A DNA stretch of 64,000 nt from an uncultured Oscillospiraceae bacterium (GTDB lineage Bacteria > Bacillota > Clostridia > Oscillospirales > Ruminococcaceae): contig CAJTTB010000004.1 of assembly GCA_910579175.1 (NCBI GenBank), forward strand, positions 89,468-153,467, given 5' to 3'. Under the pieces are notes generated by a model. The model had not been told where the DNA came from. It did no database searches and saw nothing but the letters and a program-made list of their open reading frames with translations. Positions 39,673 to 49,623 of the stretch are shown piece after piece. Each line of letters opens with the position of its first letter. Positions within the stretch are counted from its first letter, which is position 1. Made by a program: the position numbers and the translations under genes.

Positions 39673-39854
39673 TATCGGTTAGAGGTCGCAAATTTTAAGA
39701 GTAAAAATGTATGAGATTACCGCAAGTCATTGAAGTCATTTTGAAAGGGAAATTTGCCGAAGGGAGTAGTATTTGGGGTTGCTGCTTGCCCTGATTTTAT
39801 GTTGAAAAAGCATAAAATTGTCATCATACCTTTTTGATGGAGCGCTTACTGATA
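39673..39854 (+). ncRNA. Lysine riboswitch (L-box)
   Basis: AGAGGTCGC...AGAGTA...GAAAGG...GCCGAA...TGTC...GGAGCGCT with closing P1; upstream of asd-dapA-dapB. Confidence 0.9.
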
Positions 39855-39931
39855 GTTTTACAGAAGATAAAACAAGATAGATTCGGTGTAAAACGCAAAT
39901 ACAGTTAGCTTTTTCATTATATAATAAGGTG

Positions 39932-39955
39932 AACCGGTTTTCAACCGGTTTTTTT
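39932..39955 (+). terminator. Riboswitch-controlled terminator
   Basis: AACCGGTT-ttc-AACCGGTT followed by T-tract. Confidence 0.75.
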
Positions 39956-40003
39956 CGTATTCTAGGAAATGTATATGAGTTGGAAAATTTGGAGGTTTGA
40001 ATT

Positions 40004-41083
40004 ATGAAACAGTATCGTGTAGGTATTATTGGAGCAACAGGTATGGTAGGGCAGCGCTTTGCGGTGTTACTAGAAAATCACCCTTGGTTTACGGTAACCG
40101 CTTTGGCAGCTTCTTCCAGAAGTGCTCAAAAAACATATCAACAGGCAGTTGGAAATCGTTGGGCAATGCCTGTGCCAATGCCTGAGAACATGAAAGATAT
40201 GATTGTAATGGATGCCAGTGCAGATATTGAGAAAATTGCTGGAATGGTTGATTTTGTATTTTGTGCAGTAGATATGAAAAAAGAGGAGATCAAGGCGTTA
40301 GAAGAAGCGTATGCGAAAGCGGAATGCCCAGTTGTTTCTAACAACTCTGCACATAGACATACAGATGATGTGCCAATGGTAGTGCCAGAAATCAACGCAG
40401 ATCACACCGCAATTATCGCTTCTCAAAGAAAGCGTTTGGGAACCAAAAGAGGCTTTATTGCCGTGAAATCAAATTGTTCTTTACAAAGTTATGTGCCTGC
40501 GCTGCACCCATTGATGGAATATGGCATCACAAATGTATTGGCTTGTACTTATCAGGCGATTTCTGGAGCAGGTAAAACCTTTGAAAGATGGCCAGAAATG
40601 GTTGATAATTTGATTCCTTACATTGGTGGAGAAGAAGAAAAATCAGAAAAGGAACCATTGAAATTATGGGGAACTATTCAAGGGGATAAGATTGTAGATG
40701 CAGTAAAACCTTCCATCACCACCCAATGTCTGCGCGTTCCAGTCAGTGATGGGCATACTGCGGCAGTATTTGTATCCTTTGAGAAAAAACCAACCATAGA
40801 GGAAATCAAAGAAAAATGGGCTAATTTTTCAGGTGAGGCACAGCGTTTGGAATTGCCTTCTGCCCCAAAACAGTTTTTACATTATTTTGAAGAGAATGAC
40901 CGTCCACAGATTAAATCTGAACGCAATTTGGAAAATGGTATGGCGGTTTCAATTGGACGTTTGAGAACGGATACACAGTATGACTATAAATTTGTCTGTA
41001 TGTCACATAATACGCTAAGAGGTGCTGCAGGAGGTGCTGTATTGCTTGCGGAATTACTTGCAGCACAGGGATATATGGACTAG
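40004..41083 (+). CDS. asd: Aspartate-semialdehyde dehydrogenase
   Basis: GATGMVGQ, SNCS, QAISGAG, HNTLRGAAG. Confidence 0.97.
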   Translation: MKQYRVGIIGATGMVGQRFAVLLENHPWFTVTALAASSRSAQKTYQQAVGNRWAMPVPMPENMKDMIVMDASADIEKIAGMVDFVFCAVDMKKEEIKALEEAYAKAECPVVSNNSAHRHTDDVPMVVPEINADHTAIIASQRKRLGTKRGFIAVKSNCSLQSYVPALHPLMEYGITNVLACTYQAISGAGKTFERWPEMVDNLIPYIGGEEEKSEKEPLKLWGTIQGDKIVDAVKPSITTQCLRVPVSDGHTAAVFVSFEKKPTIEEIKEKWANFSGEAQRLELPSAPKQFLHYFEENDRPQIKSERNLENGMAVSIGRLRTDTQYDYKFVCMSHNTLRGAAGGAVLLAELLAAQGYMD

Positions 41084-41098
41084 ATTGGAATTCAAATC

Positions 41099-41644
41099 AT
41101 GAGATATTTTAAAAAATTAGTGGGAGAACGCATCTATTTATCACCGATGAATCTGGAAGATGTAGAACTTTATACCAAGTGGATGAATGATTTTGAAGTA
41201 ACAAATGGAATAGGCGCTTCTGCAAGGATGATTTCGATATCTTCTGAAAGAAATTGGATACAACAAAATACACAAGATCAATACCAGTTTTCAATTGTCA
41301 GGTTGGAAGATGATAAGCTAATTGGAAGCTGCTGTATTGGGCAAATTGATCAAATTCATCAACGTGCAGTGGTGGGCTTAATGATTGGTGATGAGAAAAA
41401 CCGTGGTCAGAGTTATGGAACAGAAACATTGGGACTGCTGTTAAAATATAGCTTTGATTATCTAAATTTACATAATGTGATGTTGGGTGTATTTTCTTTT
41501 AATCAGCGTGCGATTGCCTGTTATCAAAAAGTAGGATTTCGCGAAGTGGGTAGACGGCGAGAATGTTATTATGTAGAAGGTCGATTTTATGATGAGATTT
41601 ATATGGACATTTTGAAGAGCGAATGGAAAGACAGCACAAAATAA
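41099..41644 (+). CDS. RimJ/RimL-type GNAT acetyltransferase
   Basis: IGD..NRGQSYGTE...LNLHNV...NQRAIACYQKVGF. Confidence 0.9.
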   Translation: MRYFKKLVGERIYLSPMNLEDVELYTKWMNDFEVTNGIGASARMISISSERNWIQQNTQDQYQFSIVRLEDDKLIGSCCIGQIDQIHQRAVVGLMIGDEKNRGQSYGTETLGLLLKYSFDYLNLHNVMLGVFSFNQRAIACYQKVGFREVGRRRECYYVEGRFYDEIYMDILKSEWKDSTK

Positions 41645-41717
41645 AAGAAATGACATATCATATTATTGAGAATCAAAATGCCATTTTTAATAAGTATGTT
41701 CAATGGAGGAAAGTTAT

Positions 41718-42611
41718 ATGAAGAAAAGAATCTTTACAGGTGCGGGCGTTGCAATTATCACGCCGATGAATGCTGACCATTCTGTAAATTTTGATAAATT
41801 GGGCGAATTGATTGACTTTCAGATTGCAAATCACACAGATGCAATTATTATCTGTGGTACAACTGGAGAGTCCTCTACCCTGAATGATATTGAACATCGC
41901 GATGTCATTCGCTGTGCAGTGGAAAGGGTGGATAAACGAATCCCAGTCATTGCGGGAACAGGAAGTAATGATACCTCCTATTGTGTGGAATTATCTAGGG
42001 AAGCAGAACGCTTGGGAGTGGATGGACTATTGTTGGTAACTCCTTATTACAACAAAACTTCTCAACGCGGATTGATAAAACATTATCAAACAGTGGCAGA
42101 CAGCGTCAATTTGCCAATCATTTTATATAGTGTTGCAAGTCGTACAGGTGTGAATATTGCACCAGAAACCTGTGCGGTATTGGCAAAACATCCCAATATT
42201 GTGGCAATCAAAGAGGCAAGTGGAAATATTTCTCAGGTGGCAAAGATCAGACATCTTTGTGGAAATGATTTGGATGTTTATTCTGGAAATGATGATCAAA
42301 TCGTACCATTGTTATCCTTGGGTGGAATTGGTGTCATTTCTGTACTGTCCAATATTCTTCCAAAACAAACACATGATATCTGTCAGTTGTATTTTGATGG
42401 AAAAGTAAAGGAAAGTGAAAAATTGCAGTTGGAATTATTGGATTTGATGAACATGTTGTTTGTGGATGTCAACCCAATTCCAGTAAAAGAAGCAATGAAT
42501 TTGATGGGTATGAATGTCGGTGAATGTAGATTGCCATTGATTCGCACAACAGAGGAAAATACAGCAAAGATAAAAGCAGCTTTAGAGAAGTTAGAACTGA
42601 TAAAATCATAA
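41718..42611 (+). CDS. dapA: 4-hydroxy-tetrahydrodipicolinate synthase
   Basis: GTTGES, TPYYNK, AIKEASG, NPIPVK. Confidence 0.97.
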   Translation: MKKRIFTGAGVAIITPMNADHSVNFDKLGELIDFQIANHTDAIIICGTTGESSTLNDIEHRDVIRCAVERVDKRIPVIAGTGSNDTSYCVELSREAERLGVDGLLLVTPYYNKTSQRGLIKHYQTVADSVNLPIILYSVASRTGVNIAPETCAVLAKHPNIVAIKEASGNISQVAKIRHLCGNDLDVYSGNDDQIVPLLSLGGIGVISVLSNILPKQTHDICQLYFDGKVKESEKLQLELLDLMNMLFVDVNPIPVKEAMNLMGMNVGECRLPLIRTTEENTAKIKAALEKLELIKS

Positions 42612-42809
42612 TCGCTGATACATAGTATAAGGCAATTCTTTTTGGTCTTCTGGATGAAAAAGAATTGCCAATCAATTTCTTAGATGTCAATCAAGATGTA
42701 TCAGTCAAAGCGAAAAATTAATTTTGTAATTGAAGTATAAATCTGGGTGCCATCTAGGAATCATATATGGTGAGAAGGATAGATAGTTCACAAAAGTGAG
42801 GAAATAATT

Positions 42810-43559
42810 ATGATAAAAATAGCATTAAGTGGTGCAAATGGCAAGATGGGACAGGTTATCAGTCGATGTGTAGCACAGCGAGAAGACTGTAAGGTTGTTG
42901 CAGGATTTGACTTAAATACAGAAGTATACAGCGATTTTCCCATTTTTAAAAAGGTAGATGACTTTATCGGTGAAGTGGATGTTATCATTGACTTTTCAAA
43001 TCCTGTGGTGATTGAAGATTTGTTGGAGTATGCAAAGCGCCGCAACATCCCTGTGGTGGTGGCAACTACCGGATATGCTCCAGAACAGGTGGAATATATC
43101 AAGGAATCTGCGAAGAAAATACCAATCTTTTTTTCCTTTAATATGTCTTTGGGCGTAAATCTATTGGTGAATTTGGCAAAACGTGCAACTGAAATATTAG
43201 GTGGTCAATTTGATATTGAGATTGTCGAAAAACATCACAATCAAAAGATTGACGCTCCAAGTGGAACCGCTTTGATGATTGCAGATGGCATCAATGAAGT
43301 GTTAAGCGATACACAAAAATATATGTATGATCGCCATTCTCAACGAAAAAAACGGGATAAAAATGAAATTGGTATCCATGCGATTCGAGGTGGTACCATT
43401 GTCGGGGAACACGAGGTGATCTTTGCCGGTCATGATGAAATCATCAGTTTAAAACATCAGGCAATGAGCAAAGAAATTTTTGCAGTAGGCAGTATCAATG
43501 CAGCATTGTTTTTGGCAGATAAAAAACCGGGATTATATGATATGTCCAAGATGGTATAA
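42810..43559 (+). CDS. dapB: 4-hydroxy-tetrahydrodipicolinate reductase
   Basis: GANGKMG, IDFS, EKHHNQKIDAPSGTA. Confidence 0.97.
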   Translation: MIKIALSGANGKMGQVISRCVAQREDCKVVAGFDLNTEVYSDFPIFKKVDDFIGEVDVIIDFSNPVVIEDLLEYAKRRNIPVVVATTGYAPEQVEYIKESAKKIPIFFSFNMSLGVNLLVNLAKRATEILGGQFDIEIVEKHHNQKIDAPSGTALMIADGINEVLSDTQKYMYDRHSQRKKRDKNEIGIHAIRGGTIVGEHEVIFAGHDEIISLKHQAMSKEIFAVGSINAALFLADKKPGLYDMSKMV

Positions 43560-43649
43560 TCAACAAAAGCAACACAGATAAAATCAGAGAAATGGTCTAT
43601 TTTCTGGAATAGAAAGGATTGACAACCATTTGTAATTGTGTTAAACTAA

Positions 43650-43720
43650 AAACTGCCGCATATACTGGGCAAACAAGGGATTCTTTGTAGAAAGAATACG
43701 CCTAGGAATAGCGAGATTAT
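43650..43720 (+). ncRNA. L21 leader (boundaries approximate)
   Basis: GCCGCA...GGGC...GCCTAG...GCGAG structured leader after TTGACA promoter (43619), upstream of rplU. Confidence 0.6.
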
Positions 43721-43742
43721 AGAAAAGGCAGGTGGCCTTAGA

Positions 43743-44054
43743 ATGTACGCAGTAATTGAAACAGGTGGAAAACAATACCGTGTAAGCGAAGGCGACGTAA
43801 TTTTTATTGAAAAATTAAATGTTGAAGAAAATGCAACTGTAAACTTTGATAAAGTAGTAGCAGTGGCAAAAGAAGACGGTATGGTAGTTGGAACTCCTTA
43901 CGTAAATGGTGCAGCTGTAAATGCAACTGTATTAAAAAACGGCAAGGGTAAAAAAATCACAGTTTTCACCTATAAACCAAAAAAATCTTCTTCCCGTAAA
44001 ATGGGACACAGACAAGCTTACACACAAGTAAGAATTGAATCTATCAAAGCATAA
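43743..44054 (+). CDS. rplU: 50S ribosomal protein L21
   Basis: [16 protein letters not shown]. Confidence 0.98.
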   Translation: MYAVIETGGKQYRVSEGDVIFIEKLNVEENATVNFDKVVAVAKEDGMVVGTPYVNGAAVNATVLKNGKGKKITVFTYKPKKSSSRKMGHRQAYTQVRIESIKA

Positions 44055-44059
44055 TTTGT

Positions 44060-44386
44060 ATGATTGAAGTGGTATTTTATAAACAAAATAGTGTTTATAA
44101 AGGATTTTCAATCTCTGGACATGCAGGATTTGCCAGTAAAGGCAATGACATTGTGTGTGCAAGCGTAACTTCTGCGGTACAGCTAACCATCAATGGAATT
44201 TGCGAAATTTTAAAGGTGATGGCTGACGTAAAAGTATTGGACAATCAAATTGTGATAAATCTTTCTAATTGTAATAAGGGTGAAATTGAGAAGGCGCAAG
44301 CATTTTTTAAAGCATTTTATTTGCATTTGGATTTGTTATCACAAGATTATATGGGAACACTTAATTTAATCAATTTGGAGGTGTAA
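44060..44386 (+). CDS. prp: Ribosomal-processing cysteine protease Prp (YsxB)
   Basis: SGHA...GNDIVCASV; between rplU and rpmA. Confidence 0.95.
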   Translation: MIEVVFYKQNSVYKGFSISGHAGFASKGNDIVCASVTSAVQLTINGICEILKVMADVKVLDNQIVINLSNCNKGEIEKAQAFFKAFYLHLDLLSQDYMGTLNLINLEV

Positions 44387-44389
44387 GAT

Positions 44390-44671
44390 ATGTTGAGATT
44401 AGATATGCAGTTTTTTGCACATAAAAAGGGAGTAGGTTCTACCAAGAACGGTCGTGACTCTGAATCTAAGAGATTGGGTGCAAAACGTGCTGATGGTCAA
44501 TTTGTATTGGCTGGAAATATTTTAGTTCGTCAACGTGGTACTCATATTCACCCAGGTGAAAATGTAGGTCGTGGTTCTGATGATACTTTATTCGCAAAAG
44601 TAAGCGGTGTTGTGAAATTTGAACGTGTCGGACGTGACCGCAAGAAAGTCAGCGTTTATGCTGCTCAATAA
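44390..44671 (+). CDS. rpmA: 50S ribosomal protein L27 with Prp-cleaved N-terminal extension
   Basis: [24 protein letters not shown]. Confidence 0.98.
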   Translation: MLRLDMQFFAHKKGVGSTKNGRDSESKRLGAKRADGQFVLAGNILVRQRGTHIHPGENVGRGSDDTLFAKVSGVVKFERVGRDRKKVSVYAAQ

Positions 44672-44689
44672 TAGATCTTAGTTTTATAT

Positions 44690-44812
44690 AACCGTAGAGT
44701 ATATGGGGTTTGTTCACGAATGATCCATATTTAATGCTGTCAAGCGAGAACCAACTGTTTGCGATAAAAGCAAGAGAAACCCCCTATCTCTTTAGGCGAG
44801 GAAGAATGTCAC
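44690..44812 (+). mobile_element. IS200/IS605 right end / omegaRNA-like relic without tnpB
   Basis: ACCGTAG...GGG start and AAGCAAGAGAAACCCCC..CTTTAGGCGAGGAAGAATGTCAC end resemble tnpB 3' scaffolds as recalled; terminal hairpin partly decayed. Confidence 0.6.
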
Positions 44813-44840
44813 AAAGCGTGCTATACCAGCACGCTTTTTT
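44813..44840 (+). terminator. Terminator of rplU-prp-rpmA
   Basis: AAAGCGTGCT-atacc-AGCACGCTTT followed by TTT. Confidence 0.85.
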
Positions 44841-45015
44841 GTTTATGATAAAAAAGGAAGGAAATCAGAAGTATTTTGTGTTTGTCTTATCCATCATTGG
44901 TCTATAATAGAAATAAACTTATCAAAAGACGATATTTGGGTATGATGATAAAGGAATGCGGTTTTATGATAAATAACTGATGATAGAAAGAAAAATAGAA
45001 AGGTAGATAGAATTT

Positions 45016-46287
45016 ATGTTTGTAGATAAAGCAAAGATAACCATTAAAGCGGGGAATGGTGGCAATGGTGCAGTGTCATTTCATCGTGAAAAGTATGTGG
45101 CGGCAGGAGGACCAGATGGAGGAGATGGAGGCAATGGGGGAAGTGTCTACTTTCAGGCTGATGACCATATGTCTACTTTGGTGGATTTTCGCTATAAGAG
45201 AAAATATGCAGCACAGGACGGACAAAATGGAGGTGCAAAGCGATGTAGCGGAAAAAAAGGCGCTGATCTGGTGATTAAAGTGCCACGTGGCACCTTGATT
45301 TTAGATGCAGAAAGTGGAAGAATTCATGCAGATATCTCGGGTGATGAGCCAGTATTGATTGCAAAAGGTGGACGCGGTGGAGCGGGAAACCAACATTTTG
45401 CGACACCTACCCGGCAGATTCCCAAATTTGCAAAGCCAGGAACACTTGGAGAGTCATTTGAGTTAAATTTAGAGCTGAAGTTATTGGCAGATGTTGGATT
45501 GGTGGGATTTCCCAATGTGGGAAAATCAACATTAATTAGTGTCGTTAGTGCAGCAAAACCTAAAATTGCAAATTATCACTTTACTACACTTTCCCCTGTA
45601 TTGGGTGTCGTTCAGATAGAAGATGGAAAAAATTTTGTGATGGCAGATATCCCAGGATTGATTGAAGGCGCCAGCGATGGGATTGGTTTGGGACATGAAT
45701 TTTTGCGCCATGTTGATCGCTGTCGTTTGATTGTACATGTAGTAGATGTATCTGGGATAGAAGGGCGCGATCCAATTGAAGATTTTCAGGCAATTAATCG
45801 GGAATTGGAAAATTTTAGTCAAGACTTGGCACACCGTCCACAAATTGTAGTTGCCAATAAAACGGATATGGCAACTGAAGAACAAATTGAGGCATTTAAA
45901 CAGCATATTCAACAACAGAATTTGTCATTTTTTTGTATTTCTGCTGCTACAACTGCTGGTACAAAAGAATTGGTTGCCGAAATTGCGAAAATATTGGATA
46001 CCTTACCCCCGATTGTTTCCTATGAGGCAGATCCATTGATTCGTGCAGGAGTTATACAACAGGATAATCAGAAGTTTGAGATTACATGTGAAAACAATAT
46101 TTATTATATACAAGCGCCATTTTTAGAGCAGATTTTGTCGGTTGCAGATATGCAGGACTATGAGTCATTACAATATTTTCAACGTGTGTTGCGCTTTAGT
46201 GGTATCATCGATAAATTGGAGGAGATGGGAATTCAAGAGGGGCAAACGGTTGATATTTCCGGATTCCAGTTTGATTTTGTCTATTAA
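45016..46287 (+). CDS. obgE: GTPase ObgE
   Basis: Gly-rich Obg fold, GFPNVGKST, DIPG, NKTD. Confidence 0.98.
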   Translation: MFVDKAKITIKAGNGGNGAVSFHREKYVAAGGPDGGDGGNGGSVYFQADDHMSTLVDFRYKRKYAAQDGQNGGAKRCSGKKGADLVIKVPRGTLILDAESGRIHADISGDEPVLIAKGGRGGAGNQHFATPTRQIPKFAKPGTLGESFELNLELKLLADVGLVGFPNVGKSTLISVVSAAKPKIANYHFTTLSPVLGVVQIEDGKNFVMADIPGLIEGASDGIGLGHEFLRHVDRCRLIVHVVDVSGIEGRDPIEDFQAINRELENFSQDLAHRPQIVVANKTDMATEEQIEAFKQHIQQQNLSFFCISAATTAGTKELVAEIAKILDTLPPIVSYEADPLIRAGVIQQDNQKFEITCENNIYYIQAPFLEQILSVADMQDYESLQYFQRVLRFSGIIDKLEEMGIQEGQTVDISGFQFDFVY

Positions 46288-46300
46288 GGAGTGAAAAGAT

Positions 46301-46717
46301 ATGCTAGAGATAGAAAATCATCAAATCAATCCAAAGATGTACAGTCCTTTGGTACTTGCCTATATTGGTGATGTAGTATATGAGTTATTGGTGCGTGAGC
46401 AGATTGTGCTTCGTGCCAATATGCCAGTCAATCAACTGCACTGTCATGCAGTGGAATATGTATGTGCTTCTGCACAGTCAAGAGCGATTGAACTCATTAT
46501 GGATTTATTATCTGAAGAAGAGGTAAACATTTATAAGCGTGGAAGAAATGCAAATGGAAATCATGTCCCCAAAAATGCGAGTCCTCAAGAATATCGTCGT
46601 GCTACAGGATTGGAGGCATTGATAGGGTATCTTTATTTACAAAAGAGAATGGACAGGATTAAAGAGTTATTTGCGATTATTTGGAACAAGTTGATACCCA
46701 CAAATCAAGAATCATAG
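46301..46717 (+). CDS. mrnC: Mini-ribonuclease III
   Basis: LAYIGDVVYEL, YKRGRN, ATGLEALIGYLY. Confidence 0.95.
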   Translation: MLEIENHQINPKMYSPLVLAYIGDVVYELLVREQIVLRANMPVNQLHCHAVEYVCASAQSRAIELIMDLLSEEEVNIYKRGRNANGNHVPKNASPQEYRRATGLEALIGYLYLQKRMDRIKELFAIIWNKLIPTNQES

Positions 46718-47193
46718 TGCTATAAATGAAAAAATATTTTTAAAAATCAGCTAAAATAGATTGTAAAGCAATCAAAACGATATGTGTGAATTGTGGCATA
46801 TGGTTTTAAAACATCAGACAAAAAATAGAAAGGAGGATGTCAAAACCAACAGTGTTATAAAACGAAAGATGGAAAAGACTGATAAACATTGTATAAGACA
46901 TCTATGTGAAAGAATGAATCATCGCGAAGATTGAATCGTTCAATATGACTATAACAATAAAATCCTTCTATTTTTTGTGTGGTTGACTTTAGCGATTGTG
47001 TGTTGAATGAAGTCTATACATATGGTAAAATGCAAATAAAAAGACTGGTATTCGAAGGATACATATAAGATATCCATATGGTGTAAAAGAACTGGAAAAG
47101 GCTGTCGTACAAAGCCTTTAGGAAATAACATGGTTACCCAGTCAAAAAAACGCGTTTTCAAGGACAAAATTTTATTATGGTTTTGTGATATGA

Positions 47194-47298
47194 TCTCCCT
47201 TATCTATATGGAATGGTTGGGCAGTAGTTGTGTATCGTTGTCGAGATTGTAATAAAGAAATCATTGATTATGTAGACGATGAGTATAACTTGGATTGA
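47194..47298 (+). pseudogene. Possible remnant of a small zinc-ribbon protein gene
   Basis: Startless frame SPLSIWNGWAVVVYRCRDCNKEIIDY...; upstream broken by stops. Confidence 0.3.
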
Positions 47299-47452
47299 TT
47301 ACATTCTTAAAAAGGGTAACATGATCATGTAGTATTACAATGGAAGATAAGGTTAAAAAATCGGATAGATGTCGGTCGAAGAACAATGTTAAGATGAGCT
47401 AGCGCAAATATCATCACATTATGTTTTATAAGGTTTTGACAATAAAATAAAG

Positions 47453-48313
47453 ATGAATCTGAGTTGCAAACAAAATTTCTGGAAAGGAATTTTATTTACT
47501 GTCGTTGGTACAGGTATTTACAGTATGGGAGTTCATTTTTTTACAGCTCCCAACAAAATTGCCCCTGGGGGAATTGCAGGTATTGCAACAGCAATTAACT
47601 ATCTGACAAATTTTCCAATTGGTTGGTTTAATACATTTGTCAATATACCATTGTTAATTTTGGGATATTTTTATTTGGGTAGATTGTTTATATTAAAAAC
47701 CATTTCAGCGGTGATTAGTTTTACTTTATTCCAAGATTATCTTTTGATTGGTTTGCCTCAATACCAGGGGGATCCTTTAATTGCCGCATTATTTGGCGGT
47801 GCGTTGCTGGGTGTAGGGACAGGGATTGCTTTTGTGGGAGAAAGTTCTACTGGTGGAATGGACATCGCCAATAAAGTAATTCAAAAAAAGTTTCCTTATC
47901 TAAAGTTGGGTTCTGTCACATTGATTACCAATTTAATTGTAATTTTGTTTGCAGCTTATGTTTATCATGATATTTCCACTTCACTTTATGCAGTAGTTGC
48001 TATTTTTGTTATGTCAAAAGCGTTGGATGCAGTATTATATGGATTGGATGTTGGCAAAATGGTATTTATTATCACAGCACATGGGGATGAAATAGCAAAG
48101 GAATTGATTCAGCATAGTTCACGGGGAATTACAAAATTTAAGACAGTAGGTGCCTATACAGAACACGGAAATACAACGCTTTTATGCGCAGTTAGACAAA
48201 ATGAATATTATCAGTTAAAACATAGAGTCAATAGAATTGACCCCAATGCATTTATGATTGTGGCAACCGCGTCAGAGGTGGTGGGAAAGGGATTTAAGTC
48301 ACCCAACGAATAG
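47453..48313 (+). CDS. YitT family membrane protein
   Basis: APGGIAGIA, NIPL, STGGMD, RGIT...GAYT, IDPNAF. Confidence 0.93.
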   Translation: MNLSCKQNFWKGILFTVVGTGIYSMGVHFFTAPNKIAPGGIAGIATAINYLTNFPIGWFNTFVNIPLLILGYFYLGRLFILKTISAVISFTLFQDYLLIGLPQYQGDPLIAALFGGALLGVGTGIAFVGESSTGGMDIANKVIQKKFPYLKLGSVTLITNLIVILFAAYVYHDISTSLYAVVAIFVMSKALDAVLYGLDVGKMVFIITAHGDEIAKELIQHSSRGITKFKTVGAYTEHGNTTLLCAVRQNEYYQLKHRVNRIDPNAFMIVATASEVVGKGFKSPNE

Positions 48314-48361
48314 AGAAATCAAAAGAAAAGATATGGTTTGGTAGGAAAAGGATGTGTGAGT

Positions 48362-49123
48362 GTGAATATTCGATTTGATGGAAAAACAGTTTTAATTACA
48401 GGTGCAACAGGAGACTTGGGACGTGTGATGGTGCGCACATTTGCTCAAAGTGGAGCAGATGTCATTATTCATTATCACAGCAATTTAAAAATGGCACAAC
48501 GGCTACAAGATGAGGTTATTGGTTTGGGACAAAAGGCATTGATTGTGCAAGCGGATGTGACAAAACAAGAATCTGTTGAACAAATGAAACAGACGATTGA
48601 ACGTGCATTTACCTTGCCACAAGTTGTTGTGAACAATGCAGTGATTCAATATCAGTGGGTGGATATTTTAGAACAAGATCAAGCGGATTTTATCAGTCAA
48701 TTTGAATCTTGTGTGATGCACAATGTCTATATGGCAAAATCCTTTATTCCAAATATGAAAAAAAATCATTATGGAAGATTCATCGGAATCAATACAGAAC
48801 GCTCTATGTTGTGTACGCCTGGTTCTGGAGCATATACTTCTGCAAAAAGGGGAATGGATGGAATTTATCGTGTACTTGCAAAGGAAGTCGGGGGATTTGG
48901 AATCACAGTCAATCAGATTGCACCCGGTTGGACGATTAGTGATCGGGATAGAACTTCTGGAACGGAACACCCTGAAGAAGTAGAACAACAGATACCAATG
49001 AAACGCCGCGGTGATGATCAAGAAGTTGCAAATGCAGTTATATTCTTAGCGTCTGAACAAGCAAGTTATATCACAGGTACTTATTTACCAGTATGTGGTG
49101 GTAACTGTATGCCAACGATTTAA
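48362..49123 (+). CDS. SDR family oxidoreductase (start uncertain, 48338-48362)
   Basis: TGATGDLG, NNA, YTSAK, VNQIAPG. Confidence 0.92.
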   Translation: MNIRFDGKTVLITGATGDLGRVMVRTFAQSGADVIIHYHSNLKMAQRLQDEVIGLGQKALIVQADVTKQESVEQMKQTIERAFTLPQVVVNNAVIQYQWVDILEQDQADFISQFESCVMHNVYMAKSFIPNMKKNHYGRFIGINTERSMLCTPGSGAYTSAKRGMDGIYRVLAKEVGGFGITVNQIAPGWTISDRDRTSGTEHPEEVEQQIPMKRRGDDQEVANAVIFLASEQASYITGTYLPVCGGNCMPTI

Positions 49124-49136
49124 TAAAGGGGAAACG

Positions 49137-49607
49137 ATGATAAAAATTATGTTTGTCTGTTTGGGGAATATTTGTCGTTCTCCGATGGCAGAGTTTGTAT
49201 TCAAAGATTTGGTAAAAAAAAGAGGTTTGGAAGATTGCTTTGTAATTGCCTCCGCTGGAACAAGTGCAGAGGAGGTGGGAAATCCAGTTCATTATGGAAC
49301 CCGAAATCAGTTGAAACAATATGGCATTTCAACAAAGGGCAAATATGCTGTTCAGTTACAGAAAAAAGATTATCGCAGTTATGACTATTTGATTGGAATG
49401 GAACGCGCTAACCTATTGAGAATGCAGCGGATTTTTGGAGGAGATCCCAAACAAAAATTGTATTGCTTGTTGGATTTTTCGGTTTGTCCTAGAGATATCG
49501 CCGATCCATGGTATACGGGGGATTTTGATAAGACTTATCAGGATGTCTTAGAAGGTTGTGAAGCACTGTTGAATTTTTTATGTAACACGAAAAAAGGGAC
49601 TGTATAA
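49137..49607 (+). CDS. Low-molecular-weight protein tyrosine phosphatase
   Basis: VCLGNICRSPMAE, DPWY. Confidence 0.95.
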   Translation: MIKIMFVCLGNICRSPMAEFVFKDLVKKRGLEDCFVIASAGTSAEEVGNPVHYGTRNQLKQYGISTKGKYAVQLQKKDYRSYDYLIGMERANLLRMQRIFGGDPKQKLYCLLDFSVCPRDIADPWYTGDFDKTYQDVLEGCEALLNFLCNTKKGTV

Positions 49608-49623
49608 TACAGTCCCAATTTGC

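Noticed and set aside
44710..44907. 65-aa ORF in track
   Set aside because: Crosses the IS-end relic and a terminator; no SD.
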